Below the pieces are notes generated by a model. That model worked only from the letters and a program-made list of their open reading frames with translations. It was not told the DNA's origin and did not search any database. Below are positions 16,990-25,755 of a stretch of 64,000 nt of DNA, piece after piece. The position numbers were made by a program, and so were the translations under genes. This DNA comes from Vicinamibacterales bacterium. Lineage in GTDB: Bacteria > Acidobacteriota > Vicinamibacteria > Vicinamibacterales > UBA8438. The stretch spans positions 124,066-188,065 of the forward strand of contig CATQHX010000003.1 in the NCBI GenBank assembly GCA_958296065.1, in the 5' to 3' direction. Positions within the stretch are counted from its first letter, which is position 1. Every line of letters begins with the position of its first letter.

Positions 16990-19496
16990 CGCCGACCCGC
17001 TGCTGTCGGCCCTCGACCCCCACCAGCGGCAGGCCGCCGCGTGCTTCGAAGACCGGGCGATGGTTACCGCCGGCGCGGGTCCGGCAAGACCCGGACGATG
17101 GTGGCGCGGGCGGGCTACGCCGCCCGCCGCCTCGGCACGCCGCCCGAGGCGATTGCCTTCATCACCTTCACGAACAAGGCGACCGAGGAGATCCGGCAAC
17201 GGACGCGCGAACGCCTGCCGGGCCTGCAGGTGGGCACGATCCACCAGCTCGCGCGCCGGGTGCTGAAGCTCGTCACGGCCGCACCGTCCAGCTCTCGGCG
17301 ATGGCGGAGGACGACGGCCTGAGGCGGCGACGGATCGCCGGCTGGATCCGCAAGGAGATCGCTTGCGACCCGGGGCTCGCCGCCGACGTCGAACTACGCC
17401 GCAACGCTCGCGCCGCTGCGGTGAAGGACGGTGAACCGGTGGAACGCCACCGCATCCCCCCCGACGGCCGCGAGGTGAAGTCGCACGGCGAGGTCGTGAT
17501 CGGAACCCTGCTGCACACCGCCGGCGTGCCCTTCGTCTACGAGGCGTCGTTCCCACTCCCGGCCGGGAAGGCCGGGGGCGCGCCGGGGGCCGACGCCCCA
17601 CCGGAGGATCTGAGGGGCTACCGCCCCGACTTCTATCTGCCGGACGACCCGGAGGCGCCGGTGACGGCGAAGGGCGGCGTCTGGCTCGAGTACTACGCGC
17701 ACGACCGGAACGGCCGGGCGCCGGCGGAGTTCGCCGGCTACGAGGAGGCGTGCGCCTGGAAGCGGCGTCTGCACGAGAACCTTTCGACGCGCTATGTCGA
17801 AACCTCCTTCGGGGACCTGCAGCGCGCCTGGGACGGCGACGGACCGGGCATGGCCGAGGTACTCGTCGAACGGCTGAGGGCGACGGGCGTCGAGATCGAC
17901 GATCCAGAACGGTGGACGGTCGAAGCGACCGACGACGTCGGCGACGGCCCGGACGCCGGGCCCGGCCCGCTGACGCTGGAGGTCGACGCCTGGATAGGCG
18001 CGGTGCGCCGACGGCCTGCCGGACGCCCGCCGCCCACGGGGCGCGCCGACGTCGAGGCGCTACGGCGCATCGGCCGCGCCGTGCGACGGCACTATGAGCA
18101 GGAACTCGCCGACACGAGCACCACCGACCACGACGGCACGATCCTCGAGGCCACCGACGCCGCGCGTCGGCGGCCGGACCTGCTGCCTTGGGGTCACGTG
18201 ATCGTCGACGAGTACCAGGACGTGAATCCGGCGCAGGCCGCCTTCGTCCACGCCCTGACGACGCCGAAGGGCCCGGGGCCCGGGGGCGAGGGCGCCACCC
18301 TGATCGGGGTCGGCGACGACTGGCAGGCGATCTTCGGGTTCCAGGGGGGCGACGCCTCCCTGATTCGGACGACCGCCGATCCGGCCGGGGTCGTGCGGAC
18401 GCTCTGCGAACCGATCACGCTCGTCAACGGGTACCGCTTCGGGCAGGGGCTCGCCGCCGCCTCGAGGGCCGTCGTGACGATGGACCCCAAGGCCCGCGAC
18501 CGGCGGCTCCGCGGCCTCGGGCCGGAACCGGTCGGCGGGGTGCCGCCGGTGTCGGTCACCGGGGCGAGACCCACGCCGGCCCTCGCGGCCGAGTTCGGGC
18601 CGACGGCGACGCCGACGAAGGCGGCCGTGCTGGCCGCCTTCGCATACTGGATACCGGAGCACGAGGCGGAAAGCGAGGAGGAGGTGACCGAGCCCGTTAC
18701 CGTGCTCGTGCTGGGCCGCCGGAACATCGATGTGTCGGATCCGCCGCCCGACGGCCGCGACGGGCCGGGGCTCGACCGCCGCCGTCTGAACGCGGCGGCG
18801 CGTCATTACGGCCGCGAGGTCGGGTTCCGGACGATACACGCCGCCAAGGGCACCGAGGCGGACTACGCGGTGCTGATCGACTCCGGGGTGCCGAGGTCGG
18901 CGACCACGCCCGCCCAGCTCGCGCTCGACCGTGCCATCGCGGCCGAAACCGGCGTCGGCCGCGACGACGAGTACCGGCTCTGGTACGTGGCGTTGACGCG
19001 CGCCCGCTACGCGGCGCTGATCGTGGTGTCCGACCCAGACGGCTGCGCGTCGCCGGTGACTCGGGCAATTATCGAAAGCGCGAGCCCGCGGCTGATGGCC
19101 GCCTCGCATCCGCTCGAAGTCTGGCTCGAGCGGGTGCGGGAGACGGTGCCGTGCCCGTGCTGCAGTCCCGGCGGCGGGGGCACGGGGCGCCTGCGCCTGC
19201 GGGGGATGAGCGGCGGGACCTGGCATTTCGCGGGGTGCACGAACTGGAAAGGCGGCGAGGGCTGCGACTACACGCAGCCCGCCTGCGGCGCCTGCGGCAC
19301 CGGCATGCTGGTGGAGGCTCCCGGCGGGCTCTTCGAGTGCTCCGACCCGTCGTGCCGGTCGAAGCAGCCGGGCTGCCGCTGCCGCCCCCCGAGACCTATG
19401 GTTGTACGCCGTCAGAAGCGCACACAGAAGCGTTTCTGGGGCTGCTGGCGGTACGGCAAGGCCGACGCCTGTGGCCGCACGCGGCCCATCGACTGA
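16990..19496 (+). pseudogene. UvrD/helicase-IV-like SF1 helicase with embedded PD-(D/E)xK-like module and C-terminal topoisomerase-type zinc ribbons; two frameshifts
   Basis: LDPHQRQAA..VTAGAG|SGKTRTMVA: the Walker A is broken by a 1-nt loss near 17080. ITFTNKATEEI..VGTIHQLA is followed by a second shift near 17287. ORF 17301..19496 carries SHGEVVIGTLLHTAGVPFVYE..YRPDFYLP..WLEYYAHD, VIVDEYQDVNPAQ, GDDWQAIFGFQGGD, IHAAKGTEADY, YVALTRAR, CPCC..AGCTNW and CGACG..FECSDPSC. Confidence 0.8.
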
Positions 19497-20052
19497 ACCC
19501 GGCCAGCCGGCGAAGAGGCCGTGGTCGCTGAGGCCGTCCGCACCGAACTCCCACGGATCGCCACATCGTGTGGCGCACCGACGGCGGCAGATAATGCTCT
19601 CGACGACTCTCGACGGCAGGGGCCTTCCGAACAGGCATCCCGCAATTTACCTGACAGCGCCCAGACAGCGCCCCCAAAACCTGCCTGAACCGAGAACGGC
19701 GCTACTACGCATATCCTCGCCCCGCTCATCCAGCCCCTGCGAAGAGTTCTATGCTGTCCCCCCCAACGTAAATCGGGGACTGCCCAGCACGCCCAGCACC
19801 TCGAACGTCCGCTGGGCTCCGTTCAGCCCCGAGCCTCTATGCGGCGGCGGAAACCGCCGGGCCGTCCTCCCGTCCTCGGTCAGAAGGCGGGGCATCAAAC
19901 GCGCGATGACAAACGCCCGAGAAGAATCTCGAAGAAATGACGCAAGCAGGCGGAGGCCGAACAGACTGACGAAACCGGGGGCCTTTTCAAGTTGCCATTT
20001 CCACGTGATCGGCGGGAAGCACGGCGGCCCGTGGCCTTCCAGGGTCAACTGC

Positions 20053-22221
20053 TCATGTACGAACGAGCACCTTGCGGAACGTCAGCGAAATGCGGCGTCC
20101 GCGCTTCACGCGGCCTGGCTCATGCCTTCGTTTTGGTATTTCATGCGTCCAGTCGTATCGTGCGTCGCCCGTCATTATCGCCGCACTGCGCCGTTCAAGC
20201 CGCTGGAGCACCTTGCGTCCCCGCTTCTTCTTCTCGCGAAACACTATTTCCCAGGATTCCAGCAGACTGATCATGGCGATGCCGTCGGCGAAACTCTGTT
20301 CACTGTCGACATGTCGGCTGATGCCCTGGTTACCGACGTATTCGTTGACGATGACCTGATCCGGAACGTCGGACAGCATGTCTTTCGAGACTAGACGTTG
20401 GGCCAGACGGGCGGCCCATGGCGGCAGCGGACCGAGGCGCATCGAAGAATCGATCTGCCGCGCCTTGTAATCGTACCGCCAGCCGTAATGCTGAACGCGA
20501 CGCTGCAGCTCCGAGCTCCAATCGGACTGATCGATAACCCCGACGACGTCGCCTTCTTCGCCTTCACTCAAGAAGTCGGTCACGTACCGGAGGCCGGGCA
20601 CATCGACGGTCTGGCCATGCCCCCTGGCGACTGGCGGGTCCGGCAGCCTTCCGGCCTCCACCGCCACGGCGCGTCGAAACGATTCCACGTCGAGAACTTC
20701 TTCGCAGACGGCTGCGGTCGGCACGCGCATCCGCACCGGTCCCCGAACATCCAGTCGCCGTTCGGAATCGCCCAGAACGGTTAGGACGCCGGAACCCGAT
20801 AACGGAATCCGTGCATCCGCCAGAACAATCTCCCGGTGCACACAGGACCACGCCATCCTCCCGGCGACCGCCTGCGCTTTTCGTTTCACCGCTGCGTCGT
20901 CGAAATCGGCCGTGAACCACTTCCCCCGCGCCTTCTCCGGCTTTCGAGCGAATTCCCGGCCGTCCCAGGACAGGACGAACTCGCCGCTGTCCCTGCGCCA
21001 CTCCGGCGCTTCCGCGGTCATGGACGGCCAGTCGATGTCCTGTCCGTCGCCAGCGCAAGCGCGCAGGGCGAGTATCGAAAGCAGCTCGCGCTGAAGAGCG
21101 CCGCCGCGGAACTGCGTGTCCAGCCCCCGGTACCCGTGGAGAAGCCCGCATAACGCAGCGGCCGACCATGCCACGGCGGGCGGCAGGTCCGGTCGGTCCC
21201 GGAACCAGGTCTTGAAGGCGCCCGGCTCCGAACGGGTCAGCACCAGTTGCAGTGCAACTCCCACCGGACCTGCCCGCCAGTCGTCGAAGTGAATCGTCGA
21301 CTCCGCACGCAGGACACGGTGCGTGTCATGAAGCCAAGTGGACATCGCTTCCGACGCGGCCGAGAGTCCTCCGAATCGTAGTGCTCCCGTCTTGATTCGC
21401 TCCGCGCGCTCGCGCGGTCCGATGGGACGTTCGGCCGAGCGATCCCGAAAAACGTCCACGGCCGCCCGCCAGAGGCACTCGTCGACGCCGGCCGGCGGCG
21501 GATCGTCCGACGGCCGCATCCAGGGCGGGCCTCTCCACCATCCGGCTTCGACTTCCGCTGCAGCTTCCGGCAGTCGTGCCCGATCGGACGCCAGGCTCGC
21601 CTTGAGCACGTCCAGCCACGGATCGATCCGTGGCACGGCCCATACGGCCATGCTCATGGCGCCGTGTATCGCGTCTTCGTCCCCCGGAACGACGAACGTG
21701 GACGACACCTCGGGCAGTACATCCGCAAACTCGACGGCTTCCTCTGAATCAGCACCAACCCGGAGTGCGGTTGCGGCAAGATCGACGTTCGAAACGCTCC
21801 GAGCCAACCCTTCGAGACGCTGGCGCTCCTCCTCGGTCGATATCGAAATCCCGCAAAAGGCGAAGGCAGGAAGCGCCCCCGGCCAGTACAACGCTTCATC
21901 CGTCGCCTCGATCTCTCTGAGGCAGCAAGACACCCATCTCTGGCCCCGACGGACCGAAACCGCAAGAGCCGGCAGCTTCGCGGCATCCAGCCTGATGCGT
22001 ACAACGATGGGATGACCACCCGGTGCGTCGGTTTGCTCCACGGCGTACGTGCCGACACCAATCAGTACGCCGGCGGTTGACTGCAGAGGACGCAGCCAGC
22101 CATCGGCCAGCGCCCCGAATAACCGCCGGTGGTCGGTGGCGAGTCCTAACCAGCGCGACCCGCCTTCCCACGCTCCGGCGTCTGGAAACGGCATGGCGAT
22201 CTGGCCGTCGGGAAGAGTCAT
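20053..22221 (-). CDS. 722-aa protein: about 540-aa uncharacterised N-terminal region fused to a C-terminal AlkB-like 2OG/Fe(II) dioxygenase domain
   Basis: The ATG at 22221 overlaps the upstream stop (TCATGA). C-terminal 180 aa: LRYVTDFL..RRVQHYGWRYDY..LGPLPPWA..PDQVIVNEYVGNQGISRHVDSE (HxD)..ARYDWTHEIP (distal His)..RRISLTFRKV (RxSxTxR). Confidence 0.85.
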   Translation of the reverse strand: MTLPDGQIAMPFPDAGAWEGGSRWLGLATDHRRLFGALADGWLRPLQSTAGVLIGVGTYAVEQTDAPGGHPIVVRIRLDAAKLPALAVSVRRGQRWVSCCLREIEATDEALYWPGALPAFAFCGISISTEEERQRLEGLARSVSNVDLAATALRVGADSEEAVEFADVLPEVSSTFVVPGDEDAIHGAMSMAVWAVPRIDPWLDVLKASLASDRARLPEAAAEVEAGWWRGPPWMRPSDDPPPAGVDECLWRAAVDVFRDRSAERPIGPRERAERIKTGALRFGGLSAASEAMSTWLHDTHRVLRAESTIHFDDWRAGPVGVALQLVLTRSEPGAFKTWFRDRPDLPPAVAWSAAALCGLLHGYRGLDTQFRGGALQRELLSILALRACAGDGQDIDWPSMTAEAPEWRRDSGEFVLSWDGREFARKPEKARGKWFTADFDDAAVKRKAQAVAGRMAWSCVHREIVLADARIPLSGSGVLTVLGDSERRLDVRGPVRMRVPTAAVCEEVLDVESFRRAVAVEAGRLPDPPVARGHGQTVDVPGLRYVTDFLSEGEEGDVVGVIDQSDWSSELQRRVQHYGWRYDYKARQIDSSMRLGPLPPWAARLAQRLVSKDMLSDVPDQVIVNEYVGNQGISRHVDSEQSFADGIAMISLLESWEIVFREKKKRGRKVLQRLERRSAAIMTGDARYDWTHEIPKRRHEPGRVKRGRRISLTFRKVLVRT

Positions 22222-23369
22222 GATCTCTCCAGGATGTCCGGACCCGGCAACTCGCTGGCGGCCGCGGGCACCAGATCGTGCGGACCGTACACGAGGAACA
22301 GGTTGTCTCGCGCTCGGGTGCACATCATGTACATGGCACGCCGCTCCGCGTCCGTCGTGCATGGGATGAAGTTGTCCAGCTCCAGGACGAATACGGTGTC
22401 GAATTCCTGCCCCTTTGCCGATTCCTTGTTCAATATCGTCACGCCGGGTGTGAGCAGGCTGATTTCGTCGTCGTTTCCCCGCGACGATTCGTACATATCG
22501 ACGCGGCTGTTGCTCGGTAGAATCCTGGACAATCTGGAGCACAAGTCACTACCGGTCGGATTGCGGTTAACGATGACGCCCACACTGCCGCCGCGTGTCT
22601 TGCACCAGTTCGACACGAAAGCCGCAGTGGATTCGAGATCCCGCGATAGAACAAGACGCGGAGGCTGACCGGACGGAGGCCGGAGCACGGTAGCAACGGG
22701 CAGGCGACCGTCGTGGAAATGCTCCGCCAATCTGGCGATCTCGGGCGTATTCCGATGATTCCGCGTCAGGATGATCGGGTCGGGCAGACCTGCGGCCTTC
22801 TTGATCTGCTCAAGCGTCGTACGTCGATCGCCGACCGCCTGATCATCATCCGCGAACACGGTCATCATCCTGGAGACATGCCGGGCAGCGTATTCGAAGA
22901 ACCCCGCCGGAAGGTCCTGTCCTTCGTCCACTACCAAGTGCTCCCTGTCAGGCGAAGCGTGACCATGTTCACGGAGCACCTCCGACATGGCATCCCAATC
23001 GTACGCGTACTGGTCATGAGGAACATTCGGCGGCGGAGAGCCCGTGCGGCGCCTGTAGTCTTTGCTGACGAAGCTGTGCATCGTGAACGCGTCCGGGTCA
23101 CCGCCACCGTCGACGAGAGATTCCTCTGCCCCGTCCTCGCGGATGAGGTTCAGCAGGCGTCGGAGCATGCGGTTGAAAGTGACGATCGCCACCGACGACA
23201 CGTCGCCGTCCTGCATTGCTGTCCTCGCCCGCTGCACGGCAAGGACCGTCTTGCCTGAACCCGGAGGTCCCACTACGAACAGCGACTGGTCGAGTGGGTA
23301 CTCCAGGACTTCAAGCTGTTCCGATTCCGCCGCAAGTTCGTCCCAGGTTGGAAGCCGCATTCCATTCAA
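22218..23369 (-). CDS. Compact SF1 (UvrD-like) helicase/ATPase, 383 aa
   Basis: Walker A VVGPPGSGKT, motif II LVVDEGQDL, LTRNHRNTPEI, NKESAKGQEFDTVFVL, MYMMCTRARDNLFLV. ATGA overlaps with both neighbouring genes. Confidence 0.9.
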   Translation of the reverse strand: MNGMRLPTWDELAAESEQLEVLEYPLDQSLFVVGPPGSGKTVLAVQRARTAMQDGDVSSVAIVTFNRMLRRLLNLIREDGAEESLVDGGGDPDAFTMHSFVSKDYRRRTGSPPPNVPHDQYAYDWDAMSEVLREHGHASPDREHLVVDEGQDLPAGFFEYAARHVSRMMTVFADDDQAVGDRRTTLEQIKKAAGLPDPIILTRNHRNTPEIARLAEHFHDGRLPVATVLRPPSGQPPRLVLSRDLESTAAFVSNWCKTRGGSVGVIVNRNPTGSDLCSRLSRILPSNSRVDMYESSRGNDDEISLLTPGVTILNKESAKGQEFDTVFVLELDNFIPCTTDAERRAMYMMCTRARDNLFLVYGPHDLVPAAASELPGPDILERS

Positions 23370-24325
23370 CCGAGTCTCAGAGTCTTTCGCGACGGGCGGT
23401 GAAACAACGCGTACCGGAGCCGGCGGTTCTTCACCACGGGCCCCCTTTCGACGTCGATGTCACCCACTTCGTCGACCTGCAGTTCGAAGCCGCGGTCGTG
23501 TAGCATCGAACAGAAGATCAGAAACTGGCGGTTCGCATTGTGTCTGGCCGAATTCGTGTACAGGACCGAGACGAGACCACGCCCCAACCTCGGAAGCAGT
23601 TCGTCCAGATCAGCAACGAGCGTTTCGACGTCCAACGTCGGGCTCGCAAAGAGATAGGACACGATGACGAGAACCGGACGCCAGCCGGGCCGATCGTCCC
23701 AGGGCACGGTCTGGATATTTGTCGCCCAACGGCAACGGATTCGCGGCAACTCATGAACCTGCTCCGCAGCGAGTGCAAGCCGCGCTCCAAGCCGGTGCAT
23801 CGCTTGTGACCGGTCCACTCCGACGTAGTCCAACCGCGCGTCTTCATCGAACCGGCCTGCGATGGCCAGCCCACCCGTGAACGGTCCGCAGCCGAGATCG
23901 ACGACGATGAGGTCTCGGGGCCGGTCGGCGCCGCCGAACAACCGGCCGAATGCCGTGACCAGTTCTTCGAGATGCCCGAGTTGGAAGAAGTGTGCGTAGA
24001 GAAGAACCCGATCGTCGGGAGACAGTTCCCCCCATGGTTCGTCGAAATCCGCCTGGCCCCAACCGGCGGCTCCGCGCTTCGCCTCGTCAGGACTGACTCC
24101 CAGGACGGTTCCCATCGTGGTTCGCGGATCGTTCATCACCCGATCCGTCACCTCCGAGCGTCGCAGTTTCCTCAGCCATTTGGGCAGCATCGGATTCGGT
24201 TCTCCACTGAACTCGCCCGCCCCAAGCCCGCCTTCATCGCACGGTCCCGACGCTGACGCGCGGAACCCGGCCTCCACCGCTGCCCGCATGTCTGAAGCGT
24301 CGAGACCGGAGTGTAGACAGAGCAT
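23366..24325 (-). CDS. Class-I SAM-dependent methyltransferase (not an obvious DNA N6A/N4C/C5 type)
   Basis: Motif I IVVDLGCGPFTGG and post-I YVGVDRS. I saw no (D/N/S)PP(Y/F/W) motif. GAGGA lies 7 nt before the ATG at 24325; the ORF track starts at 24535, and other possible starts are 24289 and 24190. Confidence 0.8.
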   Translation of the reverse strand: MLCLHSGLDASDMRAAVEAGFRASASGPCDEGGLGAGEFSGEPNPMLPKWLRKLRRSEVTDRVMNDPRTTMGTVLGVSPDEAKRGAAGWGQADFDEPWGELSPDDRVLLYAHFFQLGHLEELVTAFGRLFGGADRPRDLIVVDLGCGPFTGGLAIAGRFDEDARLDYVGVDRSQAMHRLGARLALAAEQVHELPRIRCRWATNIQTVPWDDRPGWRPVLVIVSYLFASPTLDVETLVADLDELLPRLGRGLVSVLYTNSARHNANRQFLIFCSMLHDRGFELQVDEVGDIDVERGPVVKNRRLRYALFHRPSRKTLRLG

Positions 24326-24635
24326 CTGAACATCCTCGCGCCGCGATGACCCAGCGTCAACTGCCGGTCCCGGGCACGGCGCGGGCCAGCACCATCCTAC
24401 CGGCTCCGCTGCCCAACGACCGCCACCACAGCCCGGCCATCCTCGCGGCGCCCCGCCCCCTCGACGCCTCCTCGACAATCCAAGCGACTGCCGGAGAACA
24501 AAGGTCAATCGACCCCGCCCCGTGCGCTCTGCCATCGGCCAGATGTAAGAGATCCTGGACCGACCTGGGAGCGGAAGTTCGCGCCGGTCACCACCGTCGG
24601 GGCCAATGCCGTCAAGCCCAAGCCGAGATCCGGGG

Positions 24636-24767
24636 TTAACCGTTCGGTCGTGCCGGTGCGTGGCGACGGTTGAGCGCCGACGGACCGGCGATCAGCGAGC
24701 GCAGCACCGCCATCTCCGCTGTCGTGAAGTCGCGGCCATAGTAACGGCAGTCGACCGGCGTGGTCAT
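24636..24767 (-). pseudogene. N-terminal fragment of a DUF4338-like protein (recollection-level call), cut off at a hairpin-repeat half-site
   Basis: MTTPVDCRYYGRDFTTAEMAVLRSLIAGPSALNRRH, then the frame runs into GACCGAACGGTTAAC (about 24640-24655) and stops. Confidence 0.35.
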
Positions 24768-25090
24768 GTCGGCGCCGCCAGTTCGTGCCGCCGCGCCGCG
24801 TCCATCGACCAAGGCGGCCACGCAGCGGTCTCGTCCAGCGGCCAGCCGCCGTTGTGAGCGCTCGCCGCCAAGCACGCTTCGAGCCAGCGGAGGAGATCGA
24901 TACTGAGCCCCTCGCGGGTTGACGAGCGCGCGCGGGACCTGCACGCGCCACGGAGTCTCGTCGGCGTGCCGTAGTCCCGCCGCGTGCTGGTGCGCGCGAT
25001 CGCCCCGGCGAGCGGCTCGAACAGCAGCACGAAGCGGGACACGCTATCGGCCGGCGCCCCCCGGTATAGCCGCACGGCGAAGAACGCACT

Positions 25091-25196
25091 GGTCCCGCAG
25101 GCCGAGCTGGTCAGTCGGCACGGATTCTCTGGACGCCGACGGCGCGTCTGGATGGGCCAGCCGCATGTCCATACCGGCTGGACCGAACGGCTACCA
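25091..25196. repeat. Reverse-oriented copy of repeat module 'b' (3341..3449)
   Basis: The reverse complement ..GGTAGCCGTTCGGTCCAGCCGGTATGGACATGCGGCTGGCCCATCCAGACGCGCCGTCGGC..CTGACCAGCTCGGCCTGCGGGACC aligns along its whole length with 3341..3449. Confidence 0.75.
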
Positions 25197-25755
25197 AGCC
25201 GCCCCGTGAGCGGATCCGGGATCCGGAAATCCCTAAATCCCGGTTCCGGGTGCCGGGTGGTCTCCGAATTCCGACCAATTCCGACCAATTCACCAATTCC
25301 GCAATTGTAACCGTTCGGTCTTCGTGCGCCGTGAAAGGCGCCATTCCTCAGCGGGTGCGAATCCCGCCCGGCAACTGTCGCTCCAGCCGGTAGCAGTCGG
25401 AGCGGACGAAGGAGGTAACGACATCGGCTGAAGCACTCCGACGAAAAGGCCACGTCAGGTGGTCAGCGACCACGCGGGCCGTAGCGCGCGCGAACGCCGA
25501 GCAGGCCCCGAAACCGGTGATGCGGAAGCCGACCCACCGTTTACCTGGGGAAGGCTGCCAGCGGTCGGGAAGCGAGCGACGCGAGCACCGACCGCCTCCG
25601 CCGGGGTAGTGGCGACAGCACGCGTGGAAGAGGGGGATGGACGCAACACGGGAAGCCCTGCCGGTGGCGTGGCACACGCCAACCGACAACCCGCGAGGGA
25701 CAGGTCGGGCCGGTCAGGGTGGCGGAGAGGCCAGTAGTACCGAGGAAGCCGGGTA

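Noticed and set aside
19749-20048. 99-codon ORF (TTG start) 5 nt downstream of the AlkB-fusion gene as a possible fourth gene of the operon.
   Set aside because: It has no RBS, intermediate GC3 and no motif, and it lies in a lower-G+C spacer. I cannot support it from sequence alone.
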